From the NCBI GenBank assembly GCA_020025275.1, contig JAHHSI010000010.1, forward strand, positions 28,572-60,571: 32,000 nt of DNA, read 5' to 3'. A program made the position numbers and the translations under genes. This document shows positions 1 to 10,089 of this stretch, in pieces (position 1 is the stretch's first letter; each line of letters starts with the position of its first letter). The notes under the pieces are model-generated. The model was not told the DNA's origin. It ran no database searches and saw only the letters and a program-made list of their open reading frames with translations. Source of the stretch: Oscillospiraceae bacterium. GTDB lineage: Bacteria; Bacillota; Clostridia; Oscillospirales; Oscillospiraceae.

Positions 1-1283
1 TACATCTTCTCCAGCCGGGCCACGATACGGCGGCCGGCCTCGTACTTCATCTCGTAATAGCGCTCCGGGGGCAGCTTTTCCCACGGCTCGCTGTATTTGA
101 GCACGCCGGCGGTGATCACGGAGGTGCCCTCGGGCGAGACCTGCCGGTCGTCCACCGTATAGCAGGTGGCGATCAGGGGGTCTTTCTCCGGCAGCAGCTT
201 GTAGGCGTCCATGAAGTCGCCGTTGGCGTCGTAACTCTCATAATTCAGAGTGAAGGACGTGGTGAAGCCGATCTCCTCCGGCGTACAATCCAGGCCGATA
301 AAGCACGTCAGTGCGGAGATGCCCACGGTGTAGGGCTTGAGGTAGTCGCGGGCGGCGGCGGGAACATCCTGTGGCTCCATCAGTGTGCCATAGGTGGCCA
401 GAGGGGAGATGTTGGAGATGATCTTCTTGCAGCGGAACTCCCGGCCCCGCTCGTCGATGACGCCCACGGCCCTGCCGTTTTCTACGATGATCTTTTGCAC
501 GCCGCAGTTGAGCTGCACCACGCCGCCCATCCGCTTGGCGGCTTCCATGATGGCCTGATTCATCATCATCGACGTGCCACGCAGATAGTAGGGCTTATCC
601 TCCATATAGATGTAGGTGCACTTGGCCAGGATCGACCAGGGGAAGCGGTCGGGGCGCATTCCCATGAAGCACCAATAGACGCTCAGCGCCAGCTGCAGCT
701 TGGGGCAGCCGGGGAAGAACTCATCCAGGACCTCCTGAGAGCTCTTGAGACCATACTGTGCCAGCACGGGGTACTTTTTGGGGAAGCCCTTCTTCATCAC
801 GAACTTCTTGAATTCGCCGGGCTCACCGGTGCTCTGGGCGCTCTTCTCGCTGAAGTCGTTGGCCTGCGCACAGAAGGCGTACACCGTATCGAAATAGTTC
901 CGGATATTGGCGGCGTGCTGCGGGAACTCCCGGGAGAGGAAGTCAATACATTTTTCACGGCCCACCGGGATGCTCAGTCCTGTGCCGTCGGGGAAGTTCA
1001 CCCGGTACAGCTCCTCGATCTGGATCCACTCGATCTCCTCCTCAATGCCGTAGCGGCGGAACTGCTTGCGCAGAGGGCCGGGGCGTTCGGGGGTGCCCAT
1101 ATGGCTGAGCTGATGGAGGGCCACCTCAAATTCAAAGCGGCCTCTGCGGAAACTGGTGCCGCAGCCACCGGGGATGTTGTGCTTTTCGAAAAGGATGACT
1201 TTCTTGCCCTTTTCCGCCAAGGTCGCTGCGGCCGCAAGGCCACCGTTTCCTCCGCCGATCACAACGACGTCATAGTTTTCCAT
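1..1283 (-). CDS. NAD(P)/FAD-dependent oxidoreductase, phytoene-desaturase (CrtI/COG1233)-like; C-terminus lies beyond the window edge
   Basis: Absent from the supplied ORF track because it is open at the window edge. Reverse-strand translation from ATG (complement of 1281..1283) gives MENYDVVVIGGGNGGLAAAATLAEKGKKVILFEKHNIPGGCGTSFRRGRFEFEVALHQL... This is a GxGxxG Rossmann N-terminus followed by the E-x-x-x-x-GG-x-x-x-S/T block typical of CrtI-type flavoenzymes. AAGGAGG RBS (complement of 1292..1298) lies 8 nt upstream. The frame stays open to position 1. The + strand ORF 495..1304 is its antisense shadow. Confidence 0.75.
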   Translation of the reverse strand, partial: MENYDVVVIGGGNGGLAAAATLAEKGKKVILFEKHNIPGGCGTSFRRGRFEFEVALHQLSHMGTPERPGPLRKQFRRYGIEEEIEWIQIEELYRVNFPDGTGLSIPVGREKCIDFLSREFPQHAANIRNYFDTVYAFCAQANDFSEKSAQSTGEPGEFKKFVMKKGFPKKYPVLAQYGLKSSQEVLDEFFPGCPKLQLALSVYWCFMGMRPDRFPWSILAKCTYIYMEDKPYYLRGTSMMMNQAIMEAAKRMGGVVQLNCGVQKIIVENGRAVGVIDERGREFRCKKIISNISPLATYGTLMEPQDVPAAARDYLKPYTVGISALTCFIGLDCTPEEIGFTTSFTLNYESYDANGDFMDAYKLLPEKDPLIATCYTVDDRQVSPEGTSVITAGVLKYSEPWEKLPPERYYEMKYEAGRRIVARLEKM

Positions 1284-1379
1284 ATACAATACCTCCTTGT
1301 GTAGATTTCACTGTGCAACTGTACATATATAAAACTTTTTGCTATAATCAATAGGAATGATTCGGAGAGGAGTGCACGT

Positions 1380-1919
1380 ATGTCCGCAGCAGATACAACA
1401 CGACAGGCCATCGTTGAGGCAACGAAAAAACTCATTAGCAAAAGCTCCTTTGAAAAGCTGTCTGTGATCGAGATCACCCGCCTATGCAAGATCAGCAGAA
1501 ACACGTTCTACTACCATTTTGACGATAAATACGCCATCATCCAATGGATCTTCACCACGGAGATCGAGCCACGCATTGCGCCCTATATGGTGAAGGATCA
1601 CTGGGAAGAGAGCATCAGCACCCTGTGCCGCATTATGAAAGAGGAAAAGAGCTTCTACAGTAAGATTTTGCAGGACACCGGCCCCGGCTCCCTCTACCGG
1701 ACACTGGTGGAATACTATAAGCAGGCGCTGATGGTCTGCTTTGCCCCGCTGTGCGATCAGCTGAACATCCACGGGGAGGATCGGGAGATCGTGGCCCGCT
1801 TTTTCAGCCACGGCACCATCGACATGATCTGCGACTGGGTCTACAGCGGCATGGAGCGGGATGCGGATATTTGCACGAGCATCCTGAATATCGCACTCAC
1901 GGCGGGGATGTTCCGCTAA
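1380..1919 (+). CDS. TetR/AcrR-family transcriptional regulator
   Basis: 179-aa ORF with an N-terminal TetR-type HTH (IVEATKKLISKSSFEKLSVIEITRLCKISRNTFYYHFDDKYAII). Purine-rich RBS GGAGAGGAG at 1364..1372, 7 nt before the ATG. Divergent from the flavoenzyme gene across a 96-bp region. Confidence 0.85.
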   Translation: MSAADTTRQAIVEATKKLISKSSFEKLSVIEITRLCKISRNTFYYHFDDKYAIIQWIFTTEIEPRIAPYMVKDHWEESISTLCRIMKEEKSFYSKILQDTGPGSLYRTLVEYYKQALMVCFAPLCDQLNIHGEDREIVARFFSHGTIDMICDWVYSGMERDADICTSILNIALTAGMFR

Positions 1920-2061
1920 GGGGGCAAAGGCTTCCTTTGATTTTACTATAATGAAAAGAGCGGGGGACGCCTATGGACATTTTTGGGAAGTGTTCAAAAT
2001 TTGGGCACTTTCTCATTTCTGTTTTAGATATATCGACGAAAGACGCTCTTCCGTACAGCCA

Positions 2062-2100
2062 AAAACCGTCTGCTTTCTCTGGAAAGCAGACGGTTTTGTG
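2062..2100. terminator. Bidirectional intrinsic terminator between the two convergent TetR genes
   Basis: Perfect 16-bp stem aaaaccgtctgctttc (2062..2077) / gaaagcagacggtttt (2082..2097) with loop tctg. A-run on the left and T-run on the right, so it can terminate both convergent transcripts. Confidence 0.7.
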
Positions 2101-2141
2101 CGTAATGTGGGACAGTGTGCGGTGGACGGGCGGGGATGGCC

Positions 2142-2723
2142 TTACGATTCCCCCTGATGGAGGAAGGAGATGCCGTGAAGCATGATGCTCTCGGCGATCT
2201 GGGCCACCTGTGCAGCGCTGGCGGCCATGCCGTCATGGAGCCATTTTTCCAAAAGACCGATGCAGCCGGAGCTGACAAAGGCGTAGTAGTACTCCAATTG
2301 TGCTCGGGAGGCACCGTCAAAGTTTTTGGTGTAGCTCTGAAAATAGTGCTCCTGCCCGAGCGCCAGAAGGCGGGCGGCAAACTTCTTGTCTCCGTAAGGA
2401 CCCAGAGTGACGATGCATAAATCGGCGTTTTCCTTGATACAGTTGAAAATACCGGCGGTGATTTTGGTGGGAGTGAGTGCTTCCTGATCGTCCAGCAGCG
2501 GCCGCAGGGCGTCCTGAAAGTCTGCCAGCATCTCCTCCTCCATTTGGGAGAGCAGGTCGTAAATATCCGTGTAGTGGGCGTAAAAGGTGCCGCGGTTGAT
2601 ACCGGCGGCGGCGCACAGCTCCTTGATGGTGATGCTCTGGATCGGCTTTTGCTGGAGCAGTCCTGTCAGCGCTTTGCGCAGCAGCATCCGGGTCAAGCGG
2701 GTCCGCTGATCTGGTTTTTGCAT
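2142..2723 (-). CDS. TetR/AcrR-family transcriptional regulator
   Basis: 193-aa ORF with a TetR HTH (LLRKALTGLLQQKPIQSITIKELCAAAGINRGTFYAHYTDIYDLL). AAGGAG RBS upstream of ATG at 2723. Divergent from the SDR gene at 2897. Confidence 0.85.
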   Translation of the reverse strand: MQKPDQRTRLTRMLLRKALTGLLQQKPIQSITIKELCAAAGINRGTFYAHYTDIYDLLSQMEEEMLADFQDALRPLLDDQEALTPTKITAGIFNCIKENADLCIVTLGPYGDKKFAARLLALGQEHYFQSYTKNFDGASRAQLEYYYAFVSSGCIGLLEKWLHDGMAASAAQVAQIAESIMLHGISFLHQGES

Positions 2724-2788
2724 TATTTACAACTCCTTCATATTTGTTTTCATCAAAAACAACATACTTTGTTGTCTGTGTCGGGTAA

Positions 2789-2812
2789 GTCACTTTCGTG
2801 GGCGAAAGTGAC
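2789..2812. promoter_or_regulatory. Candidate TetR operator: perfect 10-bp inverted repeat
   Basis: gtcactttcg (2789..2798) - tggg - cgaaagtgac (2803..2812), in the divergent intergenic region and abutting the predicted -35 of the SDR gene promoter. Confidence 0.45.
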
Positions 2813-2814
2813 GG

Positions 2815-2843
2815 TTGCTCCGGAACTCTATGGCGATTATAAT
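2815..2843 (+). promoter_or_regulatory. Sigma-A-type promoter for the SDR gene
   Basis: -35 TTGCTC (2815..2820), 17-nt spacer, -10 TATAAT (2838..2843). Confidence 0.5.
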
Positions 2844-2896
2844 ACAGATAAAGAAGAAATTCAACACAGTGTTCATTATAGAAAGGGATAAACATC

Positions 2897-3898
2897 ATGG
2901 AAAAACGCTACATTGTCACAGGTGCCGCCGGCCATCTGGGAACCGCACTGCTGCATAGACTGGAAGAGCAGAAGGCAGAGGTCTTTGCTCTGGTTCTGCC
3001 GGGACAGGCCGGACGGGACAGGGGGAACATCCACTATGTGGAGGGGGATGTCTGCGACCCCAAGTCCCTGCGGCCCCTCTTTGCAGGGGCACAGGAGCGG
3101 GAACTCTACATGATCCACGCTGCCGGCATGATCGATATTTCCGAGAAGGGATCGCCGAAGCTCTTTGATGTGAACATCAAGGGCACGGAAAATGTCATCG
3201 CCCTATGTCGTGAGTACGGTGTCAAGCGGCTGGTCTATGTCAGTTCCGTCCACGCGATCCCGGAGCGGAAGGATTGCCGTGTCATGAAGGAGGTGGAGTA
3301 TTTCTCTCCTGATGCCGTGGTGGGCGCCTATGCCCGCACCAAGGCGGCGGCCACACAGGCGGTACTGGAGGCGGGCCGGCAGGGGTTGGATGTGGTGGTG
3401 GTCCATCCCTCGGGCATCATCGGCCCTTACGATCGCTCCGGAAACCATCTGGTGCAGATGATCACCGATTATCTCCGCGGTGCGCTGCCCGCCTGTGTCC
3501 ACGGCGGATACGATTTTGTGGATGTGCGGGATGTTGCGGAGGGATGTCTGCTGGCCATGGAAAAGGGCAAGCGGGGCAACTGCTACATCCTCTCCAACCG
3601 CCACTATGAGATCCGGGATCTTCTGGGCATGGTGCGCGCTATCAGCCGCGGACGCAAGCTGGCGGTGCTGCCGATGTGGATGGCCAAGGCCTTTGCGCCG
3701 CTGATGCAGCAGATCGCCAAGTGGAAAAAGCAGCGGCCCCTGTACACGAAGTACTCCCTCTATACCCTGTGCAGCAACGATCGCTTTTCCCACGATAAGG
3801 CCACCTACGAGCTGGGGTATATGCCCCGTGATCTCCATGAGACGGTGCGGGATACCGTGCTGTGGTACCAAGCGCAGAACAGAGGAATGGCCCGATAA
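2897..3898 (+). CDS. NAD(P)-dependent epimerase/dehydratase-family extended SDR (dihydroflavonol/cinnamoyl-CoA-reductase-like)
   Basis: 333 aa with an N-terminal TGAAGHLG glycine motif (YIVTGAAGHLGTALLHRL). Catalytic Ser region VYVSSVHA and YxxxK as YARTK. Confidence 0.85.
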   Translation: MEKRYIVTGAAGHLGTALLHRLEEQKAEVFALVLPGQAGRDRGNIHYVEGDVCDPKSLRPLFAGAQERELYMIHAAGMIDISEKGSPKLFDVNIKGTENVIALCREYGVKRLVYVSSVHAIPERKDCRVMKEVEYFSPDAVVGAYARTKAAATQAVLEAGRQGLDVVVVHPSGIIGPYDRSGNHLVQMITDYLRGALPACVHGGYDFVDVRDVAEGCLLAMEKGKRGNCYILSNRHYEIRDLLGMVRAISRGRKLAVLPMWMAKAFAPLMQQIAKWKKQRPLYTKYSLYTLCSNDRFSHDKATYELGYMPRDLHETVRDTVLWYQAQNRGMAR

Positions 3899-3936
3899 GA
3901 GAAGTTCCCGCGTTACGGTGCGCCCATAAAGATGGA

Positions 3937-3980
3937 AAAGGTTCCCGTGTGCAGACAGACCTGCATACGGGAACCTTTTA
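3937..3980. terminator. Intrinsic terminator hairpin between convergent SDR and ftsH genes
   Basis: 18-nt arms aaaggttcccgtgtgcag (3937..3954) / ctgcatacgggaaccttt (3961..3978) with one G-T wobble and loop acagac. Flanked by A-rich 5' and T-rich 3' sequence. Confidence 0.6.
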
Positions 3981-4132
3981 CGGCGTGGGGAACGGGTCCG
4001 GAAGCGACAAAGGACGGCGGTGCCGCAGCACAGCCGTCCTTCCGCAGAATCAAATGCTAAATTGCATAGGGGCGTGGATTGTGTTCCCGTGGAATGCCCC
4101 AAGGGAGGTTCTTCTTGCTTTGCGTACCGTGA

Positions 4133-6313
<2,181 letters not shown>

Positions 6314-6513
6314 AGGGGTCTCCTTCCATAACCGCATAAAGCGGAAAAGATCGTAAAATGCAGTATACCATAAATATGAAAGACTCACAAGGACATAAAC
6401 GGTGTTTCGTGTTAAATTTCTATGAATACCGCTTTCTATTATACGGCTTGTATGGTATACTAATGTATCAAAACTAATTTACCTGCCGCAAGGGCAGGGT
6501 GCAGGAGATACGT

Positions 6514-7287
6514 ATGAGAGATAACGATATGAAAAAACCGCTGCAGGAGGCGGAGAGCGATGGGATCATCGAGGGACGCAACGCCGTCATTGAGGCGCTG
6601 CGCTCCGGGACGGCCATCGATAAGATCTATCTGGCCAAGGGCGAGACTGACAAGACGCTGGGGCACATTGCCTCCAAGGCCCGGGCGCAGGGCGTTGTGG
6701 TGGTGGAGGCCGATCGGCGGAAGCTGGACAACATGAGCCGCACCCACGCCCATCAGGGCGTGATCGCCTTGGCGGCGCTGCGGGAGTATGTGTCGGTGGA
6801 GTCGCTGCTGGAGGCGGCGGCCGCCAAGGGGGAGCCGCCTTTGTTGGTGGTCTGCGATGAGATCTCCGATCCCCACAATCTGGGGGCCATCATCCGCACG
6901 GCGGAGTGCGCCGGCGCACACGGCATCATCATCCCCAAGCGGCGCAGTGCAGGCTTGACCTCTATTGTGGCCAAGACCTCCGCCGGCGCAGTCAGCTATA
7001 TGCCGGTGGCCCGGGTGGCCAACATCCCCAGTCTGCTGAAGGATCTGAAAAAGCAGGGCGTGTGGGTGTTTGGCACGGCGGCCGATGGACAGACGTCCCT
7101 ATATGAGGCGGATCTGAAGGGGCCGGCGGCCATTGTCATCGGCAGTGAGGGCAGCGGCATGAGCCGCTTGGTGTCGGAGAACTGTGATTTTCTGGTGAGC
7201 ATTCCCATGAAGGGGAAGATCTCGTCCCTGAACGCCTCGGCGGCAGCATCGATTTTGCTGTATGAGGCGGTGCGTCAGCGCAGCTGA
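6514..7287 (+). CDS. rlmB: 23S rRNA (guanosine-2'-O-)-methyltransferase RlmB (SpoU/TrmH family)
   Basis: SpoU-substrate-binding N-domain (IEGRNAVIEALRSG...IDKIYL) and TrmH motifs (DEISDPHNLGAIIRTAECAGAHGIII, IVIGSEGSGMSRLV, IPMKGKISSLNASAAASILLYE). Start moved to ATG 6514: AGGAG at 6503..6507 with a 6-nt spacer. The track start 6499 is a GTG inside that RBS. Confidence 0.85.
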   Translation: MRDNDMKKPLQEAESDGIIEGRNAVIEALRSGTAIDKIYLAKGETDKTLGHIASKARAQGVVVVEADRRKLDNMSRTHAHQGVIALAALREYVSVESLLEAAAAKGEPPLLVVCDEISDPHNLGAIIRTAECAGAHGIIIPKRRSAGLTSIVAKTSAGAVSYMPVARVANIPSLLKDLKKQGVWVFGTAADGQTSLYEADLKGPAAIVIGSEGSGMSRLVSENCDFLVSIPMKGKISSLNASAAASILLYEAVRQRS

Positions 7288-7315
7288 GGATTCTACATAG
7301 AAAGAGCGGGCGATC

Positions 7316-9658
7316 ATGAGCAACACGCATAACCACCAATATCATACCGGGGAGGAGTGGGAGCGTCTGAGCGCGGCAGCGGAGAACGAGACGCTCCCGG
7401 ACGGCGAGGAGTTTTCGCTGGAGGCCATTCTGGCTGAATTCGGCCGGGGTGAGGCGGAGCCTGCGATGCAGGAGGCGTCCGCGGAGGTATCGTCAGAGGA
7501 GCCGAAGCAGCACAAGAGCGATGCATCGGCAACGGATGATGGTGGGTCTTTGGAGAGATGTTCCGCCGGGGGAAGGGAGGAACTCCTTTCGGACCCCGCG
7601 GAGAAGCCGCAGTCGGAGGAAACAGCGGCGGAAGAAGACCCTCCGGTGCCGCTGCATAAAAAGGTACTGCGTTTCCCGGGACGCTTCCGCCGGGAGGCGG
7701 AGGACGAACGGCCGCTCCCACCGGCGGATGAGGACATCAGTGCCCCCTTGGGGACGCCACCGGCACAGGAAAGGGACGCTGTGGGCGAGACAGCGCCGGA
7801 AGAAATCGGAGAAGAGCCGCCGTTGGTGACACTGGAAGAGGTGATGTCCCAGACGGTGGAGTCGGTTTTGGAGGAGCAGGAAGATGCCCTGCTGGAGGAG
7901 CCTGTGCCGCTGACAGAACGCCTGCAGCTATGGGGGATGAAGCTTCAGCACACCGTGGCCGCCGTCCGGCGGCGGATCGCAGAGAAGCGCAGCGCTCCGT
8001 GGCAGGAGCTTTTGTCGGAAGAAGAGGACGAGCCGGAGGAGGATCTGGAATTTGCCACCCGTGAAGAAAAGCGGCGATGCAAGCGGCTGCGGCGGCAGAT
8101 GGTGTTCTCCGCGCTCCCCATGCTTCTGATCGTGGCTGTCACGGCGGTGGAGACGTGGGAACCGGCGTGGCTGCCGGAGCTGTGGCACAATGAGGTGCTG
8201 CTGCGCTGCGGCCTGCTGGGCGGTCTGCTGCTGCTGACGGCCCTGTTGTCCATGGAGGTTTGGCGCACGGGCTGGAAGCTGCTGCGCCGAGGAAAAATCT
8301 ACTGCGAAACGGCCTTGGTACTGCCGCTGGCGGCGGTGCTGGGGGATTGCATCTACTGTGCGCTGGCCGGGCAGACACTGCATCTGCCGCTGGCGGCGCC
8401 AGTGGCAGTACTGATCTGGCTGTGTCTGGCTGGACAGCTGTTGACGGCCTCCATGCGCCGGGAGATCTACCGCCTGACGGATCTGGGCGGCTGTCCGCCC
8501 TACGCCGTGTCGCAGACGGCAGCAGGCGCCTGCAAGCAAAAGGGGAAGCTGCGGGGATTTTACCGCATTTCCCAAGAGGAGGATTTCTCCCGCCGCGGGC
8601 AGAGAGTGTTGGTGCCGCTGGTACTGGCCTGCGCTACGCTGCTTAGCGGCGTAGTGTGCCTTGGCGGGCAGCGGATGTCCGAGTTTTTTTGGGTGTGGTC
8701 GGCACTTTTGACGGCGGCCCTGCCCATCAGCCTGCCGCTGATCGGGGCGCTGCCGCTCCGGAACCTGAACCGCCGATTGAGCCGCAGCGGCTGTGCCGTG
8801 GCGGGGTATGCCGGGGCCGCATGGGCCGGCGGCAGCCGTCGGATGGTGGTGGGCGACAGCGATGTGTTCCCGCCGGGGACCGTGAGCCTCAACGGTCTGA
8901 AGATCTACGGCGAGGAGATCGGTAAAGTGACGTCCTATGCGGCCACCGTGACCCGTGCCACCCAAAGTCAGCTGGCCCCTATTTTTGAGCAGATGCTGCT
9001 GAGCGAGGGCGGGCAGTATGAGGAACTGCAGGATCTCCATTACTATGAAGAGGGCGGCGTGGAGGGTACGATCCACGGCGAGACCGTGACCATGGGCAGT
9101 GCCTACTGCATGAAGAAGCTGCACATCACCCTTCCGCGGGAGCTGAAAGTGAAAACCGGCGTTTTTCTGGCGGTGGACGGACAGCTGATCGCCATTTTTG
9201 CCATTAAGTATCAGCCGTCCCGCAACGTAGAGTGGGCGCTGCGGGCCCTGCGCCGCAACCGAATTGAACCGGTGCTGGCCGTGCGCGGGGCAAACATCAC
9301 ACCGGGGCTGCTGAAGCGTAAGTTTGGCGTGGATGCCAAGGTGATCTACCCCGACATTTCCACCAGACTGGCGCTGTCGGATCTGTGTGGAGAAAAGGCC
9401 CGGGGGGCGTATGCCGTGCTGTACCGGGAGGGACTGATGCCCTTTGCCGAGATCGTGACGGGGAGCCGCCGCTGCCGCAGGGTGGTGAAGTCAGGCACTG
9501 TGCTCAGCTGGCTGGGGAGTCTTTCGGGCCTGGCGCTGGCCTACTACCTCACCAATGTGGCTGCCTATCAGTCGCTGAATGGCGGCTCGATGCTGCTCTT
9601 CCAACTGCTGTGGCTGCTGCCGGTATGGCTGCTGGCCAGCCTCATCAAGTACGAGTGA
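7316..9658 (+). CDS. Hypothetical polytopic membrane protein: acidic low-complexity N-terminus plus degenerate P-type (P1B-like) ATPase core without catalytic motifs
   Basis: 780-aa ORF. Residues 1 to ~260 are Glu/Asp/Pro/Ala-rich with no TM segment, followed by several hydrophobic helices. The C-terminal part is collinear with the TM6 and P/N domains of heavy-metal ATPases, but CPC, DKTGT, TGDN and GDGxND are all substituted (see finding). The coding call is firm. The family assignment is by eye only. Confidence 0.6.
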   Translation: MSNTHNHQYHTGEEWERLSAAAENETLPDGEEFSLEAILAEFGRGEAEPAMQEASAEVSSEEPKQHKSDASATDDGGSLERCSAGGREELLSDPAEKPQSEETAAEEDPPVPLHKKVLRFPGRFRREAEDERPLPPADEDISAPLGTPPAQERDAVGETAPEEIGEEPPLVTLEEVMSQTVESVLEEQEDALLEEPVPLTERLQLWGMKLQHTVAAVRRRIAEKRSAPWQELLSEEEDEPEEDLEFATREEKRRCKRLRRQMVFSALPMLLIVAVTAVETWEPAWLPELWHNEVLLRCGLLGGLLLLTALLSMEVWRTGWKLLRRGKIYCETALVLPLAAVLGDCIYCALAGQTLHLPLAAPVAVLIWLCLAGQLLTASMRREIYRLTDLGGCPPYAVSQTAAGACKQKGKLRGFYRISQEEDFSRRGQRVLVPLVLACATLLSGVVCLGGQRMSEFFWVWSALLTAALPISLPLIGALPLRNLNRRLSRSGCAVAGYAGAAWAGGSRRMVVGDSDVFPPGTVSLNGLKIYGEEIGKVTSYAATVTRATQSQLAPIFEQMLLSEGGQYEELQDLHYYEEGGVEGTIHGETVTMGSAYCMKKLHITLPRELKVKTGVFLAVDGQLIAIFAIKYQPSRNVEWALRALRRNRIEPVLAVRGANITPGLLKRKFGVDAKVIYPDISTRLALSDLCGEKARGAYAVLYREGLMPFAEIVTGSRRCRRVVKSGTVLSWLGSLSGLALAYYLTNVAAYQSLNGGSMLLFQLLWLLPVWLLASLIKYE

Positions 9659-9703
9659 TTTGACAGGCCAGAGCAAGAAGTTGATAAAAATGCGGAGTAA
9701 AAA

Positions 9704-9736
9704 GTCCCGGCTGTACTGACAGCCGGGACTTTTTTA
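9704..9736 (+). terminator. Intrinsic terminator after the 7316..9658 gene
   Basis: Stem gtcccggctgt (9704..9714) / acagccgggac (9719..9729), loop actg, followed by TTTTTT (9730..9735). Confidence 0.85.
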
Positions 9737-9957
9737 CGGCGCATCGGTGCAGAGAGGGGGGAGAAGATGGAGAGCAGAATTGGTGGAAAAATCAGGAAAA
9801 TAGGGAGCGAACGGCGGAAATGAGTGAGGATTTGTTGCGCAAACAGGTCGGAGTCAGAAATGGAGGCCGGTGCGGCCCACAGGAGGGACGGAGGTTCTTT
9901 GAACAAATGCGCCAAAATTAAACTGTGAATTTTTGCTAAACAGGCGGCGAAATACAG

Positions 9958-9986
9958 TTGTCTTTTCGGTGAAAATAGTATATAAT
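9958..9986 (+). promoter_or_regulatory. Sigma-A-type promoter for the EF-G paralogue
   Basis: -35 TTGTCT (9958..9963), 17-nt spacer, consensus -10 TATAAT (9981..9986). This leaves a roughly 95-nt 5' UTR containing the hairpin tctcgt-gaaaa-acgaga. Confidence 0.5.
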
Positions 9987-10089
9987 CATGCCACTGAACG
10001 AGTTGGCCAAATCCATCGAGGCCGAACCGTTGTCTCGTGAAAAACGAGAAGAACGCCAGTATAGCACCAAACATAAGGAGTGGAACGTC

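Noticed and set aside
9767-9823. 18-codon ORF (MESRIGGKIRKIGSERRK) in the purine-rich spacer.
   Set aside because: The G-run upstream is too close to the ATG to be a good RBS. There is no promoter and no terminator of its own, and the composition simply mirrors the GA-rich DNA. It cannot be supported without conservation or ribosome-profiling data.
9988-10089. Track start extensions of EF-G (9988). Similar extensions occur for ftsH (6388), the permease (16787), the two ATPases (18535 and 19299), the YczE-like gene (14200) and the FUSC-like gene (14445).
   Set aside because: Each longer start lacks an RBS, overlaps the upstream gene or begins inside the promoter. An internal ATG with a good AGGAG-type RBS coincides with the conserved family N-terminus in every case.
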